A DNA stretch of 63,840 nucleotides, counting the filler, from Chiloscyllium plagiosum (taxonomy: Eukaryota), in the NCBI RefSeq assembly GCF_004010195.1. It is 5 parts of one record of this genome, joined end to end, with 100 filler letters (N's around TTAATTAATTAA, not from the genome) between each part and the next. Parts side by side here need not be neighbours in the genome. Positions count along the whole stretch, not along the records: positions 24,305 to 38,213 come from NC_057717.1; 4 more parts are not named here. One strand, given 5' to 3'. Both the position numbers and the translations under genes were made by a program. Position 1 is the first letter of the stretch. Every line of letters begins with the position of its first letter. The notes below the pieces were generated by a model, which saw nothing but the letters and a program-made list of their open reading frames with translations, searched no databases and was not told the DNA's origin. This document shows positions 24,261-37,857 of this stretch, piece by piece.

Positions 24261-27209
24261 NNNNNNNNNNNNNNNNNNNNNNNNNNNNNNNNNNNNNNNN
24301 NNNNACAGAAGCAAAACAGAGAGGGTGGACCATTGCCAGACACACCGAAGCATGCATGCTGCCTTTGTTACAGTGCAATCCGATTATGTCATGAACTGCT
24401 CAGAGAAACGGCAGCGAGGCCATTCAGGACATACTGGTGGTTTAGTGCATTGCCAAGTCACAGGAAGTGCTCAACAAACATAAAACAAAACGGGACAGCA
24501 ATAATCCATGAAAAATGAAGTTTTCCAATTGCACTCGTGATGTAATTAGGTCAACAATGCGCTGATGACTCCATCTGATGGAGAGGACGAATCACCAGCC
24601 CCCTTCACCAGGACAGTAATGAAGGAAATGAGAGAAATACAAACAACATTTCTCATCGCGATTGCCAACCTTTTCGCCACTGCAACAACAAAACCGGCGA
24701 GCAGATACAATGTAGAATCTGGTTTCATATCAGCAATGAAATGGTAATATCCATTCACTTTCAGTGAAAACGGTGAACAAAGGAAATTGTCTGAAATATG
24801 AATACCCAGCGCAGGCTACTTGGTTCCCCGATTATACTGCTGCACAGACTTTCATATTTAAAGGTACCTTTCAAAGAGAGTGTTTGTGGCTGTCCATATG
24901 ACAATGGAAATTGTTGCCCTCGCTCTCACTGCCATTATTGATCGTGTTGGTTTTGGCATCCTCACCTTGCACGCGGGAGTTCAGTGTATAATTCTCTGCT
25001 GTGAAAAATCGGAATGCTTTGGAACAGAAAGATGCGAAGATCGTGTGCTTCATGGAGATGTTGTTGGAATGTTTTCCGGTGCTGGGAAGTGGGATCCTCA
25101 CAGTTCTGGGTAACATCCTCAGGGTTGTAGAGCCTCTTGTGAAGCCTACTGTCCTGTGGCGTTTGGAATTGATTTAGTTTCATTGCCGCTGGATCCGGTT
25201 GTTGGTGTTGCAGATTGGATCCTGATCAATGTGTTTATTGATGGAATCCATGGATGGGTGCTCTGGTTCTAGAAAATCTCTGGCTGCCTTCTGATTGCCA
25301 TGTTCTATTACTGTTGTGCTGCTCTCCAGGATGCTTGCTGTCTGTACGTATAGCTACTCGGGACTGCTGTCCGTGGCAATTAGTGACGGCCACATAAATT
25401 CTTTGCCAAGAATATGTATCCCACAACTGTATTCCCAGATGTCTGGCACACTAAATTGTCAACTAGGATATGCCATAAAGCAATTGAAACACCATGCTTC
25501 CCTTTTTTAAAATAAATTTCTGTAAACTGATAGCCAGACTCCTCTGAACACACGGATTTAGGACAGCACATAAACCAAAAGCCTCGCTGAGGGAACGCTC
25601 ACCAGAAAGCAATATCCAATGCCCATCTTGTGCAGGACAAATGTGGTTGTCAAGATTCCACGAAACACTATATCGGAGAAACAGCCAGACAACTAGCGAG
25701 CTGCAATCATGAACTTCAGCCAGCCCATATACGCCACGGGCAGGTGTTCTTGTAGTTGTATGTAGGGTATTGAGTGTTTCTGATTCAGGGGCTTGGACCG
25801 TCTGCAGTACTGGTTAATTCCTTGTGTTGCAACTACTGTTGGAACATATGTAAAACTCGATTGCTCATTGAGATGCTGTTCCTGTCATGCCTCTGGAACT
25901 GGACTTATTGTGTGCTTCCTGACGATTCGGTGCATGCTTCCGTGATCGTAGTTTGGGCAGAAACCTGCGTTTTAGCTTCAATAACGTGCGTTTGCAAACC
26001 TGGTACACCTCCCTGTATTTTGTTATCTCTTATTGTGTGCAATTGCAACACGGCAAATTATTAATTTACATTAGAAGGTGGCAAACGGAGGCGTGTGAAA
26101 TGCCAAGGTATTAGTGACATTTATCAATTGGTTGCATATTACTTTGATTCAGGAGATAAGGATATAAAACGTGTTTGTGCAGAAATGAGGACCAGTGAGG
26201 AAAGAAGTCATCCGCAGGTGTAGTTTACAAGTGCACTCGCAGTAACCACTACGTACAAGAAGAATATACTACATGTGAGTGATAAAAGATGGCAATAGTT
26301 ACGGGTGATCTTATTTCCCATCTCCCACTCACGGTTCATTGGTAAAAAAAAGTTTAGGATGACAATAATCAATAAATCATATCTGTCCCAGAGAGCAACG
26401 CGAGCCATATTTTGGTCATTGATTAGTTTACAGCTGGCTTTTCTTGGAAACCATCTCCTTTGTTGTGACCATCAGGAGAGATATTACTTTTGTCATAAAT
26501 AAAATGAAGATTAAGTCACTAATCTTTGTTTGTTTCATGCCCAAGTACAATCAGACGACCTTGATCAACTCTGCTAGTCATGCTAGCAAAGAAATCTGGA
26601 AACGAGCCAAGTGTGATTTTCGCTCAATAAATAATTTTGATTCAGTTTGACTGAAACCACCTCTCCCTAAAGTTGTGTTTTTCTTCTTTTGAAATGGTGT
26701 CAGGTATCTTCCAATTGACGGCAAAGATACGAGAGCAGATGGAAGCAATTTAGCCTATCAAGTCTGCGACAAAATTCAATGAGATCATGGCTGATTTGGT
26801 TAATTCTCAACCCCCGTTTTTATCCTCATCTCCGTGATGCTCCATGTCTGTCTATCACAGCCTTGAATACACCTCGCCTTCACAGCCCTCTGTTGATAGG
26901 AAACCCACGGATTTGCTACCCTCTGAAAGAGTGAATATCCTCCTTATCATTTTCTTAAATGTTTGATCCCTTCAGCTGTGAGAACGCACTCTCGTCCCAA
27001 TTTCTCGGGGGTGTACATCAGAGCAGAATAAGCCCCTGAAGGAAGGTCTGCAGTCTCCAGTGCCGCTCCGTGTATTTGAAACATTTTCAGATTTTGACCT
27101 CTGATTAAAAATAGTAGACCTAATTTGCACATCAGATTTGCCAGTGGTGAATTTTTTCAAGAAGACTTCAATGAGCGTCATTCTACTGGCAGTGAATAGG
27201 GGCAGACAA

Positions 27210-27522
27210 ATTAGATTACTTACAGTGTGGAAACAGGCCCTTCGGGCCAACAAGTCCACACCGCCGCGCCGAAGCACAACCCACCCATACCCCTACATTT
27301 AGCCCTTACTTAACACTACGGGCAATTTAGCATAGCCAATTCGCCTGACCTCTCGTGCACATCTTTGGACTGTGGGAGGAAACCGGAGCACCCGGAGGAA
27401 ACACACACAGACACGGGGAGAGCGTGCAAACTCCACATAGTCAGTCGCCTGAGGTGGCAATTGAACTAGGGTCTCTGGCGCTGTCAGCCAGCAGTGTTAA
27501 CCACTGTGCCACCATGCCACCC
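27210..27522 (-). mobile_element. Full-length HE1-like SINE
   Basis: tRNA-like head, central GTGTCTGTGTGTGTTTCCTCCGGGTGCTCCGGTTTCCTCCCACAGTCC domain and AATCT tail on the minus strand. Confidence 0.92.
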
Positions 27523-27642
27523 TGATGCAAGGACATTTTTCTTTCGCGACCCATTGCTGTGTTTATTCACCTCTCTGCGCATGAAAATGGATCCTACCCA
27601 TCTACTTTATCTCTCATCAATATGTGTGCAATTCAAATTGAT

Positions 27643-27884
27643 GCGGCCATGACTACACGCGCGCAATGCTGTCTTAGTATGTCTTATGTAATGGAAAGTT
27701 CCATCCTGAAACACCAGGATTTGGCTTTTCTTGGCACCCCAGCATCCTCCTCCTTTCGAAAGCAAGAGAGTCTGACAGTGAATACTGGGGTACCAGGAAA
27801 AGCCAAATCCGGGTGTTTCAGGTTGGAACTTTCCATTACTTAAGACATACTAAGACAGCATTGCACGCGTGTAGTCATGGCCGC
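27643..27884. repeat. Second copy of the ~100-bp tRNA-anchored inverted repeat
   Basis: GCGGCCATGACTACACGC.. and ..GCGTGTAGTCATGGCCGC arms with about 7 mismatches. Confidence 0.95.
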
Positions 27885-27952
27885 GTGATACAGGTGATGG
27901 ATTAGAAATCCATTGGGGCTTCCCTCCGCAGGTTCGAATTCTGCTGGTTCAG
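27871..27952 (+). pseudogene. tRNA-Ser(AGA) pseudogene
   Basis: Duplicate of 7897-7978. Confidence 0.85.
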
Positions 27953-29349
27953 TATTCAGTGATGTCGTGCTGGACGAGTTTTCACTCACAGTTCAGAAAT
28001 CTCGTCTCAACAAACAAGACCAGTCAGTTTATTAGACTTAGCAAACTCAAGTTATGAATCAAAAATGCAACACACTTAAAACATTATCTCCGTTTCTCTT
28101 TTCATAGTTACTGCCAGACCCATCGAGATTTTGCAGTATTCTTTGAATGTACTGTGCAGGAGTGCTGCTTTTGAATAGATTCCTTTTACCGCAGTCCTCC
28201 GTTCACTAACTCTGGTCAGTGGCAACACTTTGCCCCGCTCGTCGAAGAGCCAATCCCCACCACTAATTTTCCCATCATCATAAATAGCCGCAGGAAATTG
28301 CTGACAAATCATCTTTGCGCCAAAGCGAAACTCACCAACATCGGGAATCCCTCCACAAAACGGGACTTCTCATCCCTGGACATGGAGAAATATAGACGAT
28401 TGTGAACAGAATTTGGGAAAATATTGTCACTTGTCAGGTGAAAAAGTGTTAAGAAGGCAAAACACGTCACCCAGTCTCCAGCTTTGTGAATCTTCTGAAA
28501 CTCTTTGGGAAAAGGACTCAGAGGAGAATGAAGAAGGGTGAATTGTCAGACTGATCGGAAACAGTCAGGACAACTTCCCGTTCTTTAAGTGGACGGAACA
28601 TTGATTCTGATGTTTTCAGGACAAGAAATGATTGGAGACATTGAAGTAATTCTCGGTCCTGTACATGAGTAATACAAACCTTATATGGACACTGGGACAA
28701 TGAAAATACTCGATACCACACAAGATACTGAGAGGTTCGAAGAGAGATGTTCCCGATTGGAGCAGAGCTGGTGCCCAGTGACATGGGTGTGTCTGCCGTG
28801 GATGGGATCAGACTGTTCCCATGTCGCCATTATGAATGTCCCAGTCCTTATTTCGGAAAAGTAAAACTGATAGAGGACAGTTGTCGTTCTGGGAATAGCA
28901 ACCTGAAGTGGGAGGTCAATCACAGACTGTTTTCGAGGATTGCCCAAGATGTTATGTTGGAAGTATCAGCTCATTCGACTGTTAACTGAAATGTTACTGG
29001 TTCAATAGCCCCAGGGCGACAGCGATTGATGTTCTAACTGCATCTGTTTTCTGTGCAGCACAGTTTTGTGTTTCTAATGGGATCAGGAAAATGTTTTCCA
29101 AACAGAAACCTTTGGTATGACGAAAGATAAAAAAAAGTTTCTGCATTGCTTTAATGGTTAATGTAAAGAAATGTGGATTCTGGGAATCTGAAGCAAAAAC
29201 AGAAACTGCTGTCGAAACTAACCAGTTTGGCAGTGCCTATGGGAGATTACCGAGTTCTGATGAAGTTTTGAAATATTTGTCTCTGATTCTCTCTGAATAG
29301 ACGCTGCAAGATCTGCTGAGATTCTCCTGGTATTTCTGTTCGTGGTTTT

Positions 29350-30885
29350 AACTGAATGCCTATTCCATTTATAAGGATGATACAACCAAACCCACCACAA
29401 ACCAAAATTAAGAAATAACACCTCAGCATCTCACTCCACCGCAAGCCCAAGGATAACTACACGCTGCTGCATTCTCCAGCTTCCACCCTAAATATATTAA
29501 AGAAGCCATACCGGAAGGACAAGCGCTTCACCTGCACAGGAATAATGCGACAGACACCTAAAGATTTTGAAGGATATCCTCATGATGATGGGGTACATGT
29601 TGAACTGATTGATCGCCAGTTCCGGTGTGCCACAGTGAAAATCTGCTGTGAACTCGTCAGAAGACAGACAGAGGATGCGACTAATAGAGTATCTTCCATC
29701 GTCAGTCCTTTCCTGGAGTTCAGCACGTTCTTCACAGGATTCAGCATGTCACCGATGATGATGAGCATCTCACTAATAACATCCCCATGACTTCAATTCT
29801 CACCTTCAAACACCCAGCAAAATTGTAACATACGACCGTTAAAGTAAACTACTCAGCCTTCACATAGCATTAACCACAACACCACAGCACCATGCCTTCG
29901 CAACCTTTGCAAGACATGGCCACTACCATCACCCGTTGGAACACCACCCACCACGTACACGATAGATACTCATGTGACTCAGGCAATGTTGTTTGTCACA
30001 TATGTAGCAGGCAATGATACCACAAGATATCACAAGATACCCAGTAATGGTATATTGGCGAGACCATGCAGGTGGTGTGCCAATGGATGAATGGTATCGG
30101 CATAACAATTGCCAGACAGGATTATTCACACCCAGTAGGGGAAGAGTTCAGCAATCAAGGACAGGACATTTGGTTTTCAATCTTCGACTAAATGTCGGCC
30201 AAGGCGGCTTTCGAGATACACAACAATGCAAAATCGCCAAACAGAATTGGATCACCAACTGCCTTCGTTGTGGTGATGGCATCAACCATGATATTCATGT
30301 GACCCACCACACTGTTCTGTATCTGTGAAATCTTCCTTATTGTTATGTTTTCACACCATCACCGTGACAAGTTGTTCTTGTCTCTCTACCTTAATAACTT
30401 TGGTCAATATTGGCTTACTGATAGTTTGGGTCAGACTCGCGGCATGCGACTCTAGCCAAAGAAAAATCAGAAGAACCTGGTGTTCCTTCCTCTGGTGTTT
30501 TTGTTGTGGAGCTGTTTTCCAGTTGCTTCTGTTTCTGTTCCATGTCATTCCAGTGCCTTGATTTGTCTCCAGTACGACTTTATTTTAACGGTTTGTAATT
30601 ATCTCTCTGCCTCACTTTGTTGGATCATAGGTCAACCATTCTGTTGGCACTCAGTTGTTGACACATTACTCACACTGTCTGACACTCTTGTTCACTTGCA
30701 GAGATTAAGTCTTGACACTCCGCTCCCACAATTTGCCTGATATTTTGATCTGTCTGCCCTTGATCTCTCTTCCCTTAAATTCAGTGTTCTGTGTTATTCC
30801 CTCCCACTTCACCTAACGAAAGGGCTCTGGTCCGAAATCTTGTTATTTCAAATTAACATGTGCATCTATAACCTGGTGTGATTTC
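29350..30885 (+). mobile_element. Penelope-like element relic (duplicate of 9631-11090)
   Basis: Collinear with 9631-11090, extends into sequence that is N in the first copy, and lacks the ~140-bp segment at ~10541-10683. Confidence 0.8.
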
Positions 30886-33800
30886 TGAATTGGTCCATCG
30901 CAGTCCCAAACCGCAACCTTCACAGCAGGTACACGGAAACACCACCACACGCACTTTCCCCTCCACATTATGTTCAAGCTCATTTACTCCTGTTGCCGCA
31001 TGTAATTCTGAACTTGTAGTTGTTCGTGATGTAATCTTAAAGTTCAAGCGTTTCTTTTGCAATGTATGTACTTTGGAATGTGGTTCAATTTCAAAGAAAA
31101 ACATACTTCAAGGGACGATATATGCTTCAAAGCTTTGCCTGAGTTGTTTAAATGTCATTTATCTTGAAACCAGTGAGCTGACGGAAGAATAAACATACTT
31201 CGCACTTCTACCACACGTGCCAGGGACCCAGTTCAATTCCAGCCTGTGGCGACTGTCTGTATGGCGCTTGTACTCCTATCATGTGTGCGTGTATTTACCT
31301 CCCACATTATGAAAGCTGTGTAGTTTCGGTGGATTGCCAAATGGAAAAATACCCAACTTATCCAGGTATGTGGACGTCAGATTATTTCGCTGTGAGAAAC
31401 TGGAAGGGGATCGATTAGGAAGTGGTTTTTGTTGGGATAATCTTCACTGCTTTGGTGTGGACTTGATAGACCGAACGACCTACTTCTACACAATTGGGAT
31501 TTTACGAAAATTATTGCGATCGTGCGATTTTCCAGACAGTTCGAAAGATACATAATGTTTCCAGGTGTCGTTTTGAATGTCTGCAAACGATATTCCAATT
31601 CTCACACAGGAACTACACCTCGAAGTCTGCACTTACGCAATTTAAAGTTGTGCATTCAATGTTCACGCTTCGGAAATCACAGCTTTTTACCATTAAGATC
31701 AAATCTTGTGTTTCTTAATCTATATCATAAACAGTCGAATTAGTCTCATTTATCTACATTTAATGAATGTATTTCAAACTGATTGGAATGATAACTTCTC
31801 AGATTCAGGTTCATTTTGATCGTGGATAGGTAGATGACAACCACTCTTCCCATCATCCCAAGTGGATTTGCAAGGCATCGATCACCAACGCTGAGCCTGT
31901 TGCTCCTTGGGAGAGGGTGAAGCGCGGTGATGGCCTGTTCGGTGACATCATACATGTATTTGTCTCCAGTTAGTTTCTATGGAGTAGGACTGACAATGAG
32001 GGGAAGCTCGAAGGCAAGAGCTGAGTCTGGGAGGGGAAGCCTCTTGAACAGGTTTTGGCAGTATCTGAGAGACTTTCCAAACTTCAAACAGGCAAAGTCA
32101 TTGAATAAAATCTCGGGGGATGCCTTCTTACAGGAGAATGATGTAACCGAAAATATATAACATAGCCTAAATGAACATAAGTACCGCAGTCTTAGCAGGA
32201 CGAATGGTAAGAAGAACATATTTGATTGAGGACTTCCTGCTGCAGCCTTTAAGTAGCGCAGCTTAGTCAGCTGCTCATAAATGATGATAAAACATCTATC
32301 CTCTAACTGATCACCTTCAGCCAGGTGCTGGAGTATGTCTAGTCTACTTATGCCTACCTTTTGGTGCAAAATGGCTATGGAGACGTGTATGCCTTTGATA
32401 TCAGGCTTATTCAGAAGAATGGCTCTACTAAGGTTTGAAGTTAGCTTTCGGGATTCGTTGGTTAGCACTGCTGCCTTACAGCATGAAGAACCTGGATTTG
32501 ATTCCAGCCTCAGGCGACCGTTTAGAGTTCGCATATTCTCCCTGTGTCTGCATGGGATTCTTCGGGTTGCTTCAGTTTCCTACTACAGTCCAAAGATATG
32601 CAGGTTAGATAAATTGGATATGCTAAATTGTACCCCGTGCTCCAGAATGTGTTGGTCAGGAGCAGTGCAAAGTAATAGGGAAGGGAAATTGCTGTGGGTG
32701 GAATACTCCTTAAAGGTTGCGTGTGAACTTGTTGGGCCTAATGACCTGTTTCCACACTGTAGGGATGGTATGATTCTATTTCATAACGTCAATACTTTAA
32801 CAGCGTAAGGCATGGTACAACTCAGCAGCTTGCTAGTAAAATGGTGAATGGTGGATTCACGCTGATTATCTGTGTCAAAGTTAACTGGCAAGTGTTCATC
32901 TCAATTGGAATTGACGACTATGCAAATTTAATTGAAACAGAATCATGGCTGGAAGATGCCTCCAGTGAAAATGCATCACCAAATTCAACATTTCTATTCA
33001 TGGCAAGATGCTGACTCAGCCTATCTCAAATGTCTGATTACATGAATCTGCTGCAAGAACACAGGGATACATATTTCCAAACTGCTCCTCTTAACTCTGT
33101 GGCTTAAGCGTTACATTTTTGTGAAGGTTTTCTCACCTCCCAGTAAGTGTTGGCCTTCTAACAACTGAGTTTGACAAAGTTTATTTGAACAGTTCATTAA
33201 AGTATTTGGATGTTTTGAAGTGGGGGGAGGAGAGCAACCCTCTGATTCACTGGGACAGTGAAGGACTGACTGAAGGAATACGTATCCAATTGTGATGTTT
33301 AGTACCTTGGAAGTGAACATGCAGATAATGATTTTCCCATTCGTTTACTTCCTTTGTCTTTAGGACGATAGTAGTACGAGAGTTTCGAACATCTGCATGT
33401 TCGACGTGGATGGCCGCAAGCGATCGGGAGAAGGGAGTAGTGGAGCAGGGCGTTTGAGTAAAGTGAAAGGCAATCATGACTGGAGGGCGTGAGGCCGTAA
33501 GTGAGAGAGGAAGTGGTGATCCAAGGCTCACTGTTGGCATTAATGGGTCAGCCTATACTGGCCACTGTTTACACTGACTTACACAACACTGCTGATCAAT
33601 TCACGACAATGATACTGTTCTCTTGGCGTTGTATTCCCTCTGTGCATATTAACGTGGTTAATGGGCCCCGAGAGGATGAACGTATCTTCTTTATCCTGTC
33701 GGCTGAAACAGATGAATATATCAGTTTGAAATGAACGCAATACGAGATTTGCTCTTGCTGTGCATTTGCACTGGAGAATGTCCAGGAGTGAACGTTTCTT

Positions 33801-33927
33801 TTCTGTATCAGCGAAGGTTAGTTTAAATTCTTATGGAGCAACTTACATAAAGTAACAAATGTCCAAGTTACTGTGACTGAACAGCTAATTAAATACACAT
33901 ATGGATATGAACAGCATCGTCTGCGCT

Positions 33928-34000
33928 GACACCGTTGATGAATTAGTTAAAGCGTCTGGTAAGAACGAGACTAGTATGGTGTGAAATCCTGGCGTTGCAT
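33928..34000 (+). pseudogene. Degenerate tRNA-Thr-like relic
   Basis: Duplicate of 14136-14208; retains GTTAAAGCGTCTG. Confidence 0.5.
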
Positions 34001-34888
34001 GTCCTGTACATTGAAGGATCGTTGCTTAAACTTCTTTAAAATGCTGTATTGTTGATCCACCACACCGAACGAGCATGCTTCTTGTGTTTGAGTTCAGCGC
34101 ACTTCTATTTCGTATTACCACGTCCTGCCGCCTGCTGTGGCCCCATCAGTCAATACTAGATCCTGCTAATTCAACGGAAAGATTCTTTACTATGTTCCAC
34201 AAGGACGTTTCAGTTAACAGTCGAATGCACTGAAACTTCCAACCTAACAAATTCGACGATCCTCTAAAGCAGTCCGTGACTGGGCCTCTGCTCGGTCCGA
34301 CAGTTCACCCTTCTGCATTCTCCTCTGATTCCACTTCCCAAAGAGTTTCTCAAGAGACCCAAAGCTGGTGCCTGGATTGGTTTGGCTCCTTAACATTTTT
34401 CCAACTGCCAATTGACAATATTTTCACAGTAAAGCTTCGGAAACCTCTGGTATGCACCATGTCCAGTGATGAGAAGTCCCGTTTGGTGGAGAGATTCCCG
34501 AGGCTGGTGAGTTTCACTTTGGAACAAAGACGGTTAAGTGGCAATTTCCTGCGGTTGTTTGTAATGATGGGAGAGGGAGCGGTGGGGAATGAGCACTTTG
34601 ACGAGCAGGACGAAGTTTTGCCACTGACCCGAGTCAGAGAACAGAGGACAGGGATTAAAGGAATCTAATGAAAAGCAGCACTTCTGCTCAGGACATGAAA
34701 TAACAACTGCAGAAACCCGATGTGTCGAGCAGTGTATCTGGAAAGACAAAGAAAGATAATTTTTTAAAGGTGGAACATTCCTGATGAAGAACTCGAGTTC
34801 CAAAGTCTAATTAAATTACCGGCCTGGTTTGCAAAATAGGTTTTCTGAACTTTGAGCGAAATTTCGCCCAGCAGCAAGTCATTCATAG

Positions 34889-34970
34889 CGGAGTCAGCTG
34901 GATTCGGACCTACGCAGGGAAACCTGAATGGATTTTTAACCTATCACCTAAACCACTCGGCCAGAAGTAC
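34889..34970 (-). pseudogene. tRNA-Ser-derived pseudogene
   Basis: Duplicate of 15414-15494. Confidence 0.85.
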
Positions 34971-36439
34971 TGACTAAAAAGCAGAGTTGAGCATTAACCA
35001 AATCAGCCATGATCTCATTGAAAGCTGTCGCTGACTTGATGGGCTAAATGCTTCCATCTCCTAACTCTGCTGTCAATTGTAAGGTGCGAGACACCAATGT
35101 AAAAGAAGAAAAGCACAAAGTTACGAAAAAGATATTTGCAGCCAAACTGAGTCAAAATTGTTGATTGAAAGGAAAATCAAACTTGGCAATTTGCTAGATC
35201 TCTTTGCAAACATGACCAGCAGAGGTAATCAAAGGAGCTATTGACCTGGGTGTTCTTGGACATGAAGCACAATAGAAATACGTCTCTTGGGTACTATTTT
35301 GGATGTATTTCTCAATGAGCTATCATGTTTTGCATCTTTGATGGCGAACTTGGGAAAGTGTCAAGANNNNNNNNNNNNNNNNNNNNNNNNNNNNNNNNNN
35401 NNNNNNNNNNNNNNNNNNNNNNNNNNNNNNNNNNNNNNNNNNNNNNNNNNNNNNNNNNNNNNNNNNNNNNNNNNNNNNNNNNNNNNNNNNNNNNNNNNNN
35501 NNNNNNNNNNNNNNNNNNNNNNNNNNNNNNNNNNNNNNNNNNNNNNNNNNNNNNNNNNNNNNNNNNNNNNNNNNNNNNNNNNNNNNNNNNNNNNNNNNNN
35601 NNNNNNNNNNNNNNNNNNNNNNNNNNNNNNNNNNNNNNNNNNNNNNNNNNNNNNNNNNNNNNNNNNNNNNNNNNNNNNNNNNNNNNNNNNNNNNNNNNNN
35701 NNNNNNNNNNNNNNNNNNNNNNNNNNNNNNNNNNNNNNNNNNNNNNNNNNNNNNNNNNNNNNNNNNNNNNNNNNNNNNNNNNNNNNNNNNNNNNNNNNNN
35801 NNNNNNNNNNNNNNNNNNNNNNNNNNNNNNNNNNNNNNNNNNNNNNNNNNNNNNNNNNNNNNNNNNTAATGTCCGTTTTTCCTTCTCTTGGGCCAGAAGT
35901 TTTTCAGCATGTAGCGCGTTCCATCAAATTCAGGTTTCCCCTGTCCCAGGTAATACATTGGCAAGACACCTCATGTAATGGGCGCCTGATAGCTTTCAAA
36001 TATTCCCTTTAAAGTACAATTCGGTTCTTCTTATGAACACTTCAATGTCAGTGGCCTGAAAGATTCGAGTTCCTTTCCAGATATGGAGTTGTTTTTTTTC
36101 TAATTCCTTGGCTGTGGATATGGTAGTTTGCTGGCCTTGTAAGTCTGCTATTAGTTCGGTTTACATATACATAGATTTTCTTTCTGTCTGCAACACTTGC
36201 CCTCTGCAAAGTCAGGCCCTTACTTTTTTTGTTTCCCTGTGCTTTTGTTGGTTTCAAAAGAAATGTTAATTTTCCATTGCAATGGACATCACATTATTTT
36301 CACAGGTCGGTGCAGCATCGAGGGCCGAAGTGCCTGTACTGCACTGTAACGTTCTATGTTGTAAGATACATTTCCTGCTGGTTTCCGATGTCTCTCTTCA
36401 CTGTGGAAACTTCCAGACACATCTTCCAGTGATTTGTCA

Positions 36440-36835
36440 GCACTTCATTCAATCCAGAAAACTAGTTCCTGCTGAGAATGTGATCTCTCTACAATGGAGA
36501 GAGGAAAACAGAGTCGGTGACAAAGCTGAGATCACTTTGGTTCTGTCCAGAATCAACAAAAATTACCCCGGTCTTCCAGTGTCCTGTCACTTTAACATTG
36601 CATTGTATACCCAAGCCATCATACCAGTCTCTGGTCTCCTGCAGTTCTTCAAGGCACAGTGCAAGCTGGAAGATCGGCAACTCATTTTCTACTGAAAGAC
36701 CATGCAGATTTCAGGACCCAACATCAATAATTTTGGATCCTGTCCGCCCTCTTCCACATTTTTCACCCAGCCACACATCCCATCAGTTACGAACACGAAT
36801 CATTGGACTCGAAGCGTTAGCTGTCCTTTCTCATC
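36440..36835 (+). mobile_element. Penelope-like GIY-YIG C-terminal relic with decayed hammerhead
   Basis: Encodes RVGDKAE..PGLPVSCHFN..VSGLLQ..AQCKLEDRQLIF, followed by ..TCATTGGACTCGAAGCGTTA. Paralogue at ~43360-43800. Confidence 0.75.
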
Positions 36836-37761
36836 ATAGTTGGACAAGACATATAAGTGCTGTGTGAGCTATAATGGTACAGAATGGCGTGGCGGGGCAG
36901 GAGCGGTATTAAGAATGGCCTACTTCTGCTCCTTTCTGCTTGCGTCTTTTCTGGCCCAGGTTTTTAAACAAACACATTGAGAACAATGTGAACCTACACC
37001 AATTAATATTTTCTGTCTCACCTCCACTTCGCTACCCTCCAAGCTGGAATAGATAGCTCCTGTTTCAGCTTTAGGTCAGACAGTGGAGGATTCTCACAAG
37101 TTCTCTGTCAGGATGAACATCCCTTCACATAGGTTTCCAAGTGGACACATGGAGCCAGCGATTACATGGATGCTGGGGATTCCGTGACAGATTTCCCTTC
37201 TGCTGGGCTCGAATTCTGGGCAAGGTAATGAACGTGAATTTCTGACATTTTGAAACTTACTCTGGATCCTTGCGACTTTACTAATTAAACTAAAATTCAA
37301 TTTTCCCTTTGCATAACATGATTAATTTTTCATTATTTATTAAAAAAAAAACTATGCCACGTGCCCTTGGATGTCGTAATGCAGAAGATTGTTGACGTTG
37401 TGTACAGCGTGGGTCATTGTGCCGTATGAACATTCCAAAGGATGCTGGTGAAGTACCAGTGAATCGAAGTCTCTGACGAATTGATACCGATAGAAGGAAT
37501 ATCCCAGTACAGTGTCGACCTAACATTGCCTGTGATCAACTCAGGAAGCCACGGTAAACGAACACAGAATTTAATTATGCCTATTTTTCACCACATTTTA
37601 CTATGTCATTTTCCTGAACCTGATGCTCCATAATCGATGATCCATCATCAGTATAACCTCCTCTGCGCTGCGTTTCATTTCAGATGTTCAGCAAAAAAGG
37701 AGGAATTGGTTTGAGGGGCCCAGTGGTAAGATCAGTAGCCATTGGTCATCAGTACACGGCA

Positions 37762-37857
37762 GCTCCAGTGGTGCAATTCGTCAGTTTGATGTAATTGCAC
37801 GACAGACTAGAAGTGCGTAACGTGCCGAAGTTGCACATTCGGTTCTCGCCAGGTGTT
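37762..37857 (+). pseudogene. Degenerate intron-containing tRNA-Ile(TAT)-like relic
   Basis: GCTCCAGTGGTGCAATTCGTCAG..GACAG..TGCCGAAGTTG..TTCGGTTCTCGCCAGGTG aligns with vertebrate GCTCCAGTGGCGCAATCGGTTAG..intron..TGCCGAGGTTGTGAGTTCGATCCTCACCTGGAGC. Confidence 0.65.

Larger units (their letters stand above)
23194..35365 (+). repeat. Direct segmental duplicate of ~1-17000 (high identity, with deletions)
   Basis: 1-1017 matches 23194-24204; 4383-14489 matches 24305-34281; 14807-15860 matches ~34283-35330; the copy then jumps to the 16972-17004 equivalent. Confidence 0.95.

Noticed and set aside
35866..36257. Short minus-strand ORFs in non-repeat-looking sequence
   Set aside because: No recognisable domain and stops in all frames; BLASTX would be needed.
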